A stretch of DNA of 64,000 bases from an uncultured Nitrososphaerales archaeon. Lineage in GTDB: Archaea; Thermoproteota; Nitrososphaeria; Nitrososphaerales; Nitrososphaeraceae. The position numbers and the translations under genes were made by a program. The notes below the pieces were generated by a model. That model was not told the DNA's origin, did no database searches, and saw only the letters and a list, made by a program, of their open reading frames with translations. The DNA lies in contig CAVPXM010000036.1 of NCBI GenBank assembly GCA_963709405.1, positions 32,001 to 96,000 on the forward strand, read 5' to 3'. Position 1 is the first letter of the stretch, and each line of letters starts with the position of its first letter. Shown one piece after another: positions 48,708-61,247 of the stretch.

Positions 48708-49100
48708 AGTGCCAAAACCTAATGATCCTCCACGAATTTATAATCATACAATTAATACTGATGAAGAAAAACCCGTGACTATTTCCTTAAATGGTACCGA
48801 TTTAGATAGGGATCCTTTAACATTTTCAATAATGAAAAGACCAAATTCTGGTGTTCTGGTGTTCTGGCTCCTAATCTGACATATACAGCTAATGCTAGGT
48901 TCTTTGGTCACGATAGCTTTACGTACAAAGCTAATGATTGTAGTTTCCACTGTGAAGAAATTTTGATAGATGTGAATTGGTATGATGATGAAGAAGGCCG
49001 GGATTATCAATCACCAGATGAGATAATCAGGACTAGTTCATTCAAAACATTAACAAATAAGACTATGGATATCAAAAACGATCATCATATAGTGTAGGAG

Positions 49101-49979
49101 ACAAATGGCTCAAGAGATTTGATAATGCTGCTTTGGAAGGACTAAAGAATAAGCATAGAAGTGGTAGACCTCCAGAAGTGTCGGAAGAAACATCTACCAA
49201 GATAAGAAAAGAATAGTCATAAAATCAATCAGGATGGATGGCTGCTAAAGAAGTCATGAATTTGATATATGAAAGAACAGGAGTCAAATATCATGAAGTT
49301 CATATCTACAGACTATTACATAGATGGGGTTTCAGTCCTAAAGTACCAAGAATGAAATTTGTTAATGCTGCATCAAAGCAAGAGAAAAACGAGTTTCGAA
49401 AAAGGCAAGAAGGATAATCTCACGAATAATTCAAGGCTTTACCGTCACAGTTATGGACGAATCCATCTTCATACATGATTCTTTGGTTCGAAGGAAGATG
49501 TGGACTGCAGATAGATAGAATAAGACCAATTGTAACTATTACTGGATCACACCAAAGGACCTGTGTATTTGGTGCTCTGTGTATAGACGGAAGACAGTTC
49601 TTTCGTCAGTATGAATCCTTTAACCAATACACCTTTCTGGATTATCTCATACAATTGCAAAGAAGGTTTGGAAAACTAATATTGTTCATAGACAGAGCAC
49701 GTCAACATCACCGGTCCATCATGGTAAGAGAATACATAGAGCAAAACAAAGACGTTCTAAAAGTAATATATTTTCCAAAATGTTCGTCTGAATTTAATAC
49801 TATAGAAGAATGCTGGAGACAGGGAAAATATGATCTCTTGGTATCGAAATACTATCCGAAATTTGCAAATTTCAGACATACTATAGCCAACTACTATAGA
49901 ACAAGACGGTTCAAACTACACTAGACATAGTCAAATATCTATCGAGGAGTGTGAGTTAGCGAATTAATGTTACTGAGTC
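49101..49979 (+). mobile_element. IS630-family element copy 2, 5'-truncated
   Basis: Near-identical to ~25399-26270, with the same right end and TA. Confidence 0.9.
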
Positions 49980-50913
49980 TAGTATTTTGTGTGCTCTTTT
50001 TTAAACTGCTTTTTCTCTTCATAAGGGGGTTGCTCTGATGTTTCGCATTTGCCTGTTCTCCATAATATTGAATTCCTAAAATCAACATTAAAACTATGGA
50101 CATCAAGATTGCCGTTTGTATTTTCTTGTGCTGTATTACCTAAATTTATAAGCCTTTGCACTTTTTGTGTTAGATGTGTATCACTACGATCCGTATAGAA
50201 AATCCGAATCTCCCTTGAGGCCCGGTGGCATAGCTCGCCGATCGTTCCGATAACGTATTCATGGTCGATTTACAGAATAATCGAATACAAAAGTTCACAC
50301 ACACAAATAATGGTGGTTTTATAATGAAGTGGTTCTTTCTGCAATTAATCCTTTTCGACATTTTGATTTATCTGCACCTGGGGCCATACGTCCGGGGGAA
50401 ATATATCAATAAGCGAAAGAATACTTTATTTTCTGTTTAGTCTCATATAGTCTACATTAATGCTGCAGTGAATATTAGCAGTCTCTCTACAAACTATCTC
50501 AGTATTAGAAACGACGAGATTGTGTGATTAATGTATTCTCTTCTGGTTCTTAACCGTATTTATTACAAAATATCAATACCATGAACATCCCATCAACCTT
50601 AAGCAAGGCAATTTTGATTTAAATTCAATTTTAATCTTTGCCATAATTTCTCTTTTCTACATGCTCATCAATTTAATAATTGATAGCGTTCCTGATGTAG
50701 AATCATTGGAAACACCAAACTGTATCGGACCCTAGTGTAAGAGTTAGCCTATTAATACGCTGCTGCTCCTATGCGACTTATGTATCACACAGTTCCTTCA
50801 ATGATAATAGTGGTAAGACATCGGGATCAAAGTCAGATAATAACACTCAGAACGATCGGAATCAAGCTTTTCTTACGTAGTTAGATGTTGTACTTACACA
50901 GAACAAATATGAA

Positions 50914-51351
50914 ATGGATACTGAAACTGGAGTAATTGTTGTAGATAGAGTACTAACAGCGAAGATGAACTATCCAAGTAATTATGGATATATTCTCGAT
51001 ACTAGAGAACAAGACGGTGATCATATGGATGCATTTGTGCTAGGCGACTACCCATTAATCCCAACATCAATTATAAAGTCACGTCCGGTGGGAGTAGTAC
51101 TAACTCAAGATCAGGATGGTACCGATTCAAAAATTGTTGCAGTGCCTGCGACAAGTGTGGATCCTAGTTTCTCAAATATAGATGATATAGATGATATCCC
51201 AAACTATATGCTTAGTAAACTTCAACATTTCATCGAACACCACAAGGATTTGGAAAAGGACAAATATGTAAAGATATTAGGATGGAAAGGCAAGGAAGCA
51301 GCAAAGAATCTTATCCTTGAGGCAGCTGAAAGATATAATTTACAACCATGA
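50914..51351 (+). pseudogene. ppa: Inorganic pyrophosphatase, N-terminally truncated
   Basis: NKYE|MD, YPSNYGY, DGDHMDA, DSKIVAV; the EIP N-terminal strand is missing. Confidence 0.8.
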
Positions 51352-51379
51352 ACTCTAGACTAAATCAGAACTATGTGTT

Positions 51380-51799
51380 CTAAATGCTTCGCGACACTCC
51401 TAAAATACGATTTTGTGGATGTCTACATTTACAAATATGAGATTCCTCACCATGGATTAAAAATTTGTGATGGCATCTGAGATAATTGCAAATTGGTTCT
51501 GATGCTTTCCCAAATACGTCAACTATTAATACTTTTTCATAGCGATTCTTATATCCTAATCGATTTGTTTCGGGTGTCGCATCATGTCGGAAATGGTAAG
51601 TTATTGGAGATAAACCTCTAATTGTCAAAAACTTCTCTAGCAATTTTCTCTCCGATTGCTCTTTCTTATAATGGCAAGTCCAACAATAGCCGCATCTGAT
51701 GCAAGCAAATTGGGTTCTACATTTACAATTTTCACATTGTGTATACGTAAACGTCAAGGTACTCCGCAGATATTCATGCGCATATTTATTGACCCTCAT
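51380..51799 (-). CDS. Cys/His-rich putative zinc-binding protein
   Basis: CENC..CIRCGYCWTCH; CNYLRCHH..H..CKCRHP. Confidence 0.7.
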   Translation of the reverse strand: MRVNKYAHEYLRSTLTFTYTQCENCKCRTQFACIRCGYCWTCHYKKEQSERKLLEKFLTIRGLSPITYHFRHDATPETNRLGYKNRYEKVLIVDVFGKASEPICNYLRCHHKFLIHGEESHICKCRHPQNRILGVSRSI

Positions 51800-52922
51800 G
51801 TAAATTGTTTTATATCATAATACCCAAAAGTAAGAAAAAAACCTGTTCGCCATGAACTAAAGTTACTTTATGATCTCAATATAGTATACTAGATCTATAT
51901 GATATATATAAAAAAATTAAGAATCGAGAGATATTTACACTAGCATCCTGCAATCTCTTGTCCTTCCATTCGCCTCTATGCATAGATAATTACTGAATGG
52001 AACTATTATTTCAAGATTAATCCAATATGATCAAAAACAGATCTGACTATCGTGTGGCGGGATTCACTGTGGTTGTTGTCTAATTCGGTATCACATCGGT
52101 GTCACATATAATCTGACGAGCACGCTGCAAATCATATTCTATGTCAAACAGTATCTTAAAGATTTTATTTCGTGAATATGGACATACCCTGTCCTTGCCG
52201 AAATAATGCTTGAAGATTCTCATCGAATATATTCGGCACCAGACGTAGAATGGTTTAACCAAACTCTTGCAACTGATTATCTATAGAAATTGCAACCATT
52301 ATAGGAAGCAGAGCATACTTTGTTGATTATACTGCAGCTACAGCAAATTTCTTAAAATATTTGCCAGTCGCAGAGAAGATGATTGAGTCCTTTCAGAAAA
52401 CAAAATAGACTTGTATCGTGGTGGAAATTAGAACCATCAAACCAAAGACCATTAGGTCAGCCTGTGGGAATATATTTCCAAGGGATTAACTACTCAGCAG
52501 ACTTAACGTATCATTTGACTGCAAAATAAAGGATGACAAATAGTCCGAGCGGTTGTGGCGCACCGAGTACTCTGATTCCAAGCGCTTCATCCATGACTGG
52601 TTCAATATGAAAACTGTAGATCGCAATGTTCTATATAGGATCGTATATTATTGATAGTATATTCTTTTATTTTACTTCGTTGTATAATATTTTAAAGCTA
52701 TCCTCAAGGGGGTAGAGATGGCGGGCAGGAGGACGGCAATGGCTGAGCCTCTTCTCAATATGTGTGAAAGGAGGGAGTATCATTCTATCGATTATACTGC
52801 TCAATATTTCAGGAATCAAAGTAAGCAGTGGTCACAAAGCAACATTGAATCAACTAAACCAAAGAGAGTAGTGCGTGAGTGGGTGGTGACGCAGAATAAG
52901 TAATCCTCATGACGAATTACTT

Positions 52923-53081
52923 TTGCACCCACAGCGGCAACCTGAAAAGGAACAGACAATACAAGATATAGAACAAGAGATAGAATGTCCTCGCTGTTAT
53001 GATATAATGACGTTATCTTCCGATTTTGATAAATTATGCTATTTTTGTCAAGAATGCAACTTGTCACTTTTAATAAATTAA
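52923..53081 (+). CDS. Zinc-ribbon micro-protein (not in ORF track; start uncertain)
   Basis: IECPRCYDIMTLSSDFDKLCYFCQECNL. Confidence 0.6.
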   Translation: MHPQRQPEKEQTIQDIEQEIECPRCYDIMTLSSDFDKLCYFCQECNLSLLIN

Positions 53082-54073
53082 TGAATGAATTTCTTATGTC
53101 ACTCCTGGAGACGCTAATTTACTGTCTTGGTATATTAAAGATAGAAAAAGATAGTGAATTTTATAGAAATGCAGTAGAACTTCAAAAGGTTCCAACAAAA
53201 TTTGTGGATGGTAGCAACGAAAGGTTTACTGCTATGAAGATTATTGCACATGTATATTCCTTCAATATCTTTGCCAGATCACAGTTAGCTGATTTTCTTA
53301 CGTTATCTACAAAAGGTATAGAGGAAAAAAGAAGTTCAGAAATAATAAACAATCTAATCTACAAGATATACATGGATATTATAGAAAACTATGAAAGCTT
53401 CGGTGATAGTTTAAAGTCAAATTACCCTGGAATTATCGTTGATGTTATTTCTATTATCAATCACGGTATGGACACTAAAGGTTTAGAAGTAAGTAATATT
53501 TGGAATTACTACCAATCAAGAAAGCAACAAGCAGCAACAATGGTTGAAGGACAGAGAGAAAAAATATTATCCTATAGCGGAGCATCAAATACTACTACTA
53601 CTGCTGCTACCGCGATAGCCGCAGCCGCTACACATAAGGAGAAAATTCTTCTACTGTCAAAGAAAGAGCTTGTTGGGAGACTTTCCAAATTCACAGATAG
53701 AGACAGAAAAGAGTTAGAACGATCACTTTCAAGATTACAAGATTCAGATCTAAAGAAGATAAGTGAATTATGCAGCAACTATAGTAAACTACAGTACTAT
53801 AGCAAGATGATAGCAAAAGAAGGCTCGCAAGAAGAATTTAGAAAGGAAATACAAAGTGAACTTGGAAGAGAGCTTAGTCCCCATCAGATCGGACGTGCTA
53901 TTAACTCTATAAGAAGAGTTCGAATCTATATTGAAAACATTCTTGATAACAAATTCATACCTGATTCTTCGCATGGTATTAATCATGTCAAACACAACAT
54001 TGAATATGGTTATTACATGATGAATTTAATTGGACCTAGCAAAAGAAAAAGAAGCCCCAGTAGTCAAAGATAA
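53081..54073 (+). CDS. Hypothetical helical protein ending in an HD-like N-motif
   Basis: Long ORF; PDSSHGINHVKHN near the C-terminus. Confidence 0.55.
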   Translation: MNEFLMSLLETLIYCLGILKIEKDSEFYRNAVELQKVPTKFVDGSNERFTAMKIIAHVYSFNIFARSQLADFLTLSTKGIEEKRSSEIINNLIYKIYMDIIENYESFGDSLKSNYPGIIVDVISIINHGMDTKGLEVSNIWNYYQSRKQQAATMVEGQREKILSYSGASNTTTTAATAIAAAATHKEKILLLSKKELVGRLSKFTDRDRKELERSLSRLQDSDLKKISELCSNYSKLQYYSKMIAKEGSQEEFRKEIQSELGRELSPHQIGRAINSIRRVRIYIENILDNKFIPDSSHGINHVKHNIEYGYYMMNLIGPSKRKRSPSSQR

Positions 54074-54421
54074 TTTTAGTTTGCATCTTTCGTAGCTAAT
54101 ACCATATTGACTAAATATGCTAGCGCCCTACTTCGAATTGGTTTTTGGAAGCGTGCTGAAAGTAGTATAACATCAAAGGAGGACAAGAGTCAATTATAGT
54201 GGACGCAGAGAATCGATTACGCCCATTTGGGTGTGACCATTTTTATTGGAATATCATGGAATAGCTATACTTAGCCCAGTGCATTTTTTCTGGGGTGGTT
54301 CTGATCTGGCAGTCACACGCTTTTCAGGACGTACGGCGCGCTAATTCACTTACTTTATTATGTGGTACCTCAATAATCCACACATAGTACAAAATTTGCA
54401 GTTGAAGGTCTGAGTGAATCT

Positions 54422-55429
54422 ATGTCATATGAGCTTGAATCATTCCGAATAAAGGTAATTCTAATTGAACCAGGTTTTGTCAAAACTAACTTTCAGCAAG
54501 CCATGATCAGATCACAAGATTCGAACTCACCAGATTCGCAAATGATGCAAAAAAGTGTCGCTGTTTCTAACCAGCTTTTCCAGAGTGGATCTGCACCTGA
54601 GCTAGTAGCAGTACTCAAAGCTATTAATACTCCAAATCCAAATCTGAGATATTTAGCCGGTAAAGACGTTGAGGAATGGTTGCCAGAGGTACTCCACAAG
54701 GTACAACTAGGACACAGAATATTCATAGATGATGGAAAGATTGAGTCAGTTGTGATTTCGAGCAATGAGGATTATCTTTTATTAAAAGTAGTATCACCCT
54801 ATGGTACAACCGCTAAAATAAAAACAGAAAAGGGTCTAAACTTTCCAGATTCTGAATTATCTTTGTCTGCGATAACTTCTGAAGATATTGAAAACCTTAA
54901 TTTTATAGTTAATCATGCAACAGCAGTTGCACTCTCTTTTGTTCATTCACATAAGGATATTCAAGATCTGTATAGAGCTTTAGAAAAGATAGATCATGCT
55001 GATTTTGGGATTATTGCAAAGATAGAAACACGTAATGCTATTCATAATTTATCTAAGATACTTATGTCTGGCCTAGATCTTCCAAAATTTGGAGTACTTA
55101 TTGCAAGGGGTGATTTGGCTGTGGAAATTGGTTTTGAAAATCTGTCCCTAGTTCAAGAGGATATTTTATGTCTATGCGAAGCGGCTCATATCCCTGTTAT
55201 TCTAGCTACACAGATATTAGAGACACTGGCAAAAAGTGGTGTACCGACAAGGGCTGAAATTACAGATGCAGCTATGGGATATAGAGCTGAATGTGTAATG
55301 CTAAACAAAGGTAAGCATGTACTTGAAGCAGTCAAGATACTGTCCTTTCTATTGGGTGGCGAAGAGAAACACCATATCAAGAAGCGCGAGATCCTCAGAG
55401 ATTTGACAACTCAGTACGGTTTTTCATAA
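54422..55429 (+). pseudogene. Chimeric ORF: SDR C-terminus fused in frame to pyruvate kinase C-terminal half
   Basis: (TKFAVEGLSES)MSYEL..IEPG...RYLAG, then FIDDGKIE, AKIET, ARGDL, ATQILE, TRAEITD, ECVMLN. Confidence 0.8.
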
Positions 55430-55718
55430 ATGAGGAATACACTATCCTAACAACGACGATTTAGTACAATATTCATCTCAAAAGATGTCAACTATAGGAA
55501 AAGACCTTTTTGATTTAATAAAATCACTACCATCTCGTACGTATAGGGATTCTGCCGAAAGTGATTAAAGATTAAAGAGTCTTCTAGAGAAGAAGAAGGG
55601 GTTTTAGACTAAACTAGATTAGGATTTTTTTCAGAATGATATTAGAATTCTTTACAACTTAACGTACAACTGTGTGATATCCTCCTATATGGGAGTGCAT
55701 ATAAGGAAGAAAGAGATG

Positions 55719-58324
55719 CTAAAATTCCACCTTTAAGGTAGTGATCCTATACGGATCAATATCCATCTGTAAGGTGTAACATTTTGATTCTTTAAGCTTT
55801 TTAATTTCATTTTCAAGCAAATCGGTAAGGGCTGCAGATTTGACCATTAGGCCAAACCTTAAAGTTGCAACAGTTCTTTTTCCTTCTGTTTCATAAAACC
55901 TAACAATAATTGACTTCTTATCTTCACTCATCTTAAGCGCGCTGAGGAGAATGTTTTTGGGTGTAATTTCCAAAAGCGAAAATTTGCTATGATACCTCTT
56001 CCTGTTTTCCTTATTTTCGATCTTCTTGGTGACTTGAATCGAAACTAAAGGCATATTAATTTCCATTCCATGCCGGTAACTTGCTGCCTGCTTCCAATCA
56101 CCTTCATGAGGTAATGCTGAATATCTGAATGTGTATGGTCTTGTTTCAGCCGCGTCAGGAGTTGGTATGCATGGTCCCATTATTCCATCTGAGGAGAGTA
56201 AGACTACACTCCGTAGTAATGTCAAATAAATTGATTGGTCTCTAATTTCATGAGAGGGAATTCCTTGATGTAACACACTTACTCCATGATCTTCTATCAG
56301 AATAATCAATCCATTCAAATGAAGGAAATACTCCTGTTGGCTTCTCACTCATTTTCATAGTCTCTTTCTTAGAATAATGTTGATTAGTCCTTCTTCTTAT
56401 TGCACCAAATTGAGTTCCTGACCAATAGTTATTAGCGGATAACGGTGTCTCAAACTTTACTCTAATTCTGGAATGAGGATGACGGTCATGTATGTGTGTT
56501 ATAAAGTCGATACGCGACAATTCATTGTATATAATTATTTCTTTCTTTATCTTGATGTAATTATGTCTAAATAATATTGGTTTTAATTTATCGGTCAATC
56601 TATATGGCCAACGCAATGCATAATAATTACTATCCAATACAATATGGGATCTTAACTTACCTTTTGATACTTTAAAATTGTCTGCTTTAAAGGCACCGTA
56701 TTTTACTCCTTTTCCAGTTTCCGATTTAAGTAAGCCCAGATTTCCCCTGTGATAATATAGATCGCCTAATTCTTCCTCTACACCCAGTTCATTTCCTTTA
56801 AAAAGTACGTTACCATTCTTGGTCATGGTAACAATCGCATTATCAGGATCCACTTGTATTTCAAAATCATCAACAATCTTATGCTTAAAACCCACCTCGC
56901 TTGAAGAATAAATAGTACTAGAATCACTCCTAGACCAATTTCCATCTTTAATTATTTTATACGTGGAGAATCCTAAAGCAGGTACCGTAGGAATAAAACC
57001 TATTTTTATGGTCTTAATACTTCCATCAGAATGAAGGGAGTGGCCTAGAATCTCTATATCAATTATTTCTTCATCATTTTCGGCATCATCATTTGTCGAT
57101 TTCAAACCTACGATCCCTTTCGTTACGCCTTGATTAAATTCTAAATCAGACTCACACCAATTCCTAACCTCCCATGAAAGTGGATTAAAAACAATTAAAT
57201 CGTATTCACACTTTACACCTTTCGCCAGTTCACCAATGTAAGCCGAAATCGTTTTGCTTAATGTATTTTCTACGTCGTCAAATATATCTCTGATTTCTTC
57301 ATATACCTCATCAATTCCTGTGCCTGGCAATGCATCATGCATGACTACAAAAAGAATCTTTTTCCAATAACTTTTGAGCTGATCTGGCGTTAGAATAGTA
57401 GCACATCCTTCCAAATTACAAATAGTATCCAGTCTTTCTAATGTGAGCATAAAGCTTTCAAATTTTTTTGTCCGTTGTTTAATCCACATTCTTGATGAGG
57501 TACAATCAGGGAACACTTCAGACAATTTACCTGAATACATTTCACCCTTCCTCACTCGGAAGTCAATTCTTTCTCTTTCTAATGATTTGAAAAATTCTTT
57601 AGGTGTTGCGATGATCATCTTCACATTATCTTGATGGGCAGACTCATTCCATTTCTTCACCACATCAGATGTTTCTGGCTGTGGAGACATCACTCCACTA
57701 CCAGAAGGCATTAAAATCTGATTAGACGACAGCAAATTTTTTTAATTCATTATAAGATTTATCTAATTCTGTTAGATCTAGGCCTGCTCTGTATCCTAAA
57801 GGCATCCAATGACAAATTATGCGAGATCCGTCTAGTCCTTCCCATAAAAATTCTGAGGGTTTGGGTTTATCCAGGCCTCTCCTAAATGCAAAATATTTGT
57901 ATCCACAACCTAGAAGAATCTGTGGCCATTGTGCATTAAATCCGAATTCATCAGACCCCCATGCAACATGAACGTCCTGATCTAGTTTTTCTTTGACATA
58001 TTTTTTTCCCACTGTTATCTCCCTTATCAAAACTTCTCCATTAGGAAGCATTACATCTGATAATAGGTACTGCCCTCCAGCTACCTCGATTTTGTCTTCT
58101 CTTGCTAAAGCCTTTATATCAGCAAAGAGTTCTGGATATTTATTCTCGATGTGCTCTAAAAGGAAAGTTTGTTCAATCAGGAACTTGTAATCTGTGATCT
58201 TCATTAGCTGCACAGCCTGCTTCAATATAAATTCGATGTTGATATAGTAATAATCTTCCTTATTGAATACCCATATCGCATCATAATGTGTATGGGGTAC
58301 AAGATATATTACTGAATTAGCCAT
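55719..58324 (-). CDS. GH38 alpha-mannosidase-like glycoside hydrolase (two frameshifts)
   Basis: HTHYDAIW, WGSDEFG, HDALPGT, LTLLRS, VRFYE across three overlapping ORFs. Confidence 0.88.
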
Positions 58325-58408
58325 TTTATATAACCCATAATTTTATCGTAATCTCCACGTGATTGAGATCGGCTTGTACCTTTATGCTTATTATACGTTA
58401 TTCCAAGG

Positions 58409-58666
58409 CTAACCGAAACGAGAACTAGGTATAAATTCTAATTCTACTCCAAGTTTTTCGTTATAATCAATAGTAAATGATTTATTAGACATGATAGGAA
58501 AGCTAGATAATTCTGTACCCTCTGTATTGCATTGTGGACAGCTATTATCAACTGGTATTCTAGCCTTATCAAGATATGTTACACACCAGTAACATTTCCC
58601 ACACAAAATGAACATCGGTAATAATGAAGAGCGATTACATGTTGTGTCTGTCAATTTTAAGCTCAT
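58409..58666 (-). CDS. Small zinc-ribbon protein
   Basis: CGKCYWC...CPQC...LSSFPI. Confidence 0.7.
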   Translation of the reverse strand: MSLKLTDTTCNRSSLLPMFILCGKCYWCVTYLDKARIPVDNSCPQCNTEGTELSSFPIMSNKSFTIDYNEKLGVELEFIPSSRFG

Positions 58667-58743
58667 ATCAATATGGATTTACCTCCCTTTGCCATTAGTC
58701 TCAAGCTGACTTATGATAGCATACAAAGCAATCGTATAAGACT
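58582..58743 (-). repeat. 162-bp inverted repeat, copy B
   Basis: Matches 48400-48561. Confidence 0.92.
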
Positions 58744-59140
58744 TACATTAGTCAACGTACCTGACCTTACCACTATATTCACTACATACATACCTATTAG
58801 CAAGAACAAAAACAATGATCTCATACCATATAATATTTTTCTATCCACATTTCTCCCTATGGATAATAATTGCAGCCTAACTCCTCAGCCTATGAAACAC
58901 CTTATGCCGAGTGGCTAGGAAAGTGGTGGTCGTGGTGGTTGAGCATACCAAATGACCAACATCCTGGTGGTGATTCCCACAGATGTTGATCTTTAATATA
59001 ATTCTGCAACAGGATTACATATGCCCGCTCTACCGTTCTTAATAATGTCTGACTGTTTTTCTCAGTCATATGTACATCGGTTATGACTGCATAGTAAAGA
59101 AAGTCTTCCAACATGGTATCAAATATCATGGAATGACCAC

Positions 59141-59290
59141 ATGATTACTCCAAATGCAGAACGTATTTTCGCAAAGCAAATGAATGCTACTACTGTATCA
59201 CTACCATTTAGTTACATATCGCTTGTATCACATCCAAATGAAATAGCCCAATTGATCCTAAATGCAACAAGAGGGTGGTACAAAGTGAGT
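59141..59290 (+). pseudogene. Alpha/beta hydrolase C-terminal fragment
   Basis: AKQMNATTVSL...LVSHPNEIAQLI. Confidence 0.55.
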
Positions 59291-59902
59291 GAGTATAGAG
59301 TACATTTCAGAAGAATACCCTCGTTCTAATTGTAGATTCACTCAATATCTTTCTGTCAGAGCTTGGTAGACTATAGTTTACTACTAAAGCCACAGTGAAA
59401 GGCGTTAGCCTGATCTAAGAGCTGAAAAATATTTTATCCGGCGAAATTCTCTAGTATCAAGGTGGTCTTGTGGATAATGATGGTATTTCGCTGAATGGAC
59501 AGTGGATTTTTGAAATCTGGATCCGTGTCATAACTGACAGTCACTAATTCATCCATTTGACGATTAGTCTTGGGTAAAGCATAGCAGTAAAACATGTAAC
59601 GGATCATCAAACGTGAACTTTGACTTATATTTTACAAATTTTAATGAGAAACATTCACTATTCATCGTTCAATGTGATTCTTAACAATGTTCGGACATAA
59701 TTGCTTCCAAGTAACTATTACTATCAATCTCTAATACATCTTATATTCACAACCCTGCTTTCCCTAAGCATCTACATATGAGATTGGAATGGAATTACAG
59801 CAATCCTGACCTTCCTTTATTGTTTCCATTTATCTATGCTATAATTCTCTAACATAGTTACCAATAGAGAACTGTTAGATCTATATGATATTAGGACTAG
59901 GA

Positions 59903-61079
59903 TTACTAAGTGAAGTGTGCATATTTATGTCGTATTTTATTTATCATCTAGTCTAGATTTTTGTATAGTTAAAGCTTAACATATGTAGAATATCTCTATT
60001 TTATGAATCATCCTTCTACTCTAAAACTTTCTAGAGGTCAGGAGAATATGTTAAAGTCAATCATGAAGAGTACCAATAATAAAAAGGATTATCGTAGGTT
60101 GCTGGCTATACTACAAAAAGGAGAAGGTAGAACCTATCATGACATAGCAAAGGAGCATGGAGTTAGCAGTAGATCTGTACAAAGATGGGTCGCTGCATAC
60201 ATTAAGAAAGGGCTAGTCGGAATAAAGATCAAGAAACCTGGAGGATTGAAATCTAGGATAACTGATAGGGATAAAGAGATTATCCTTTCAGCATTGTTTA
60301 ACGATCCACATATCTTTGGTTATCTAAGGAATACATGGAGTCTAAGGTCGCTGGCAAGGTGTCTTACAGATGAGCTTGATATTCCAATCAGTTTCAAACA
60401 TCTACAAAGAATAACTAAGGATATGGGAATTAGATGCAAAAGACCAAAATTGGAACTATTACATGGAGAGGATTATGAACAAGGGAAAAAGAGAGTGGAT
60501 AACTACAAGCATGTTGCATCAGCTCTGAAAAAAAGAGAGTTATAATGGCATTTGAAGATGAAACTACCATAACACAGAAACCTTGTATTCACAAGTCCAT
60601 GAGTTTTGAAGGCCAGCAACAAAGGATAGAACATAATGGAAGTAGAAGGAAGTTCTCCGCATATATATCCATGCTATGGCCTGAAGAGAAATTAATGACG
60701 TATGATTTCTATGATGATAGAATGAATTCTACGAATACTATTGACCATCTGGAGAATCTAAGAGAAACATTATGAAAAGTGATTGGTAGAAAAGACTCAT
60801 ACTCATATGGGATAACGCTTCATACCATGTAAGCCTAATGGTACGGAATTATATCAATGCACAGAAAGGAGAAGACTGGCTGACCATTATTCACCTACCA
60901 AAGAAAGCACCATACCTAAATCCAAATGAAAGGAAAGTAAACCAGCAGATAAAATCAGATGTGTGTGCAAACAGATTTTATACGCAGATAGAAGAACAGA
61001 AAGCTGCAGTATCAGGTTATCTAGAGAGTAGATTTGGAACTTGGAATGACGACAGACACTACGACACTTGACTTATCTA
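59903..61079 (+). mobile_element. IS630-family element (different lineage), degraded
   Basis: HTH ORF 60003-60545 ending at an A7 slippery site; FEDET, WDNASYH and LNPNE DDE motifs; imperfect IR TAAGT(G/C)AAGTGT; ends approximate. Confidence 0.82.
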
Positions 61080-61247
61080 TTAATTAGATATTATTAGATA
61101 TTAGATATTATCATATGGAATTTAAATCTAAATATATATGATTCATGGTGATCCTATATAGATTAATTTCATTTATTCGAACAAAACTGGCAAAATAAAA
61201 TATAAATTTCTAGATAACTATAAGACAATGTATATATACTAAGATTT

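Noticed and set aside
40480-52410. Tiny scraps resembling a GMC oxidoreductase (40600-40690), an Ig/cadherin-like domain (48750-48940) and a PsbP-like domain (52290-52410)
   Set aside because: Too short and degraded to annotate as features; counted as part of the general fragment mosaic.
61081-61112. TTAGATA short repeats after IS630
   Set aside because: Low-complexity AT-rich slippage; no evidence of function.
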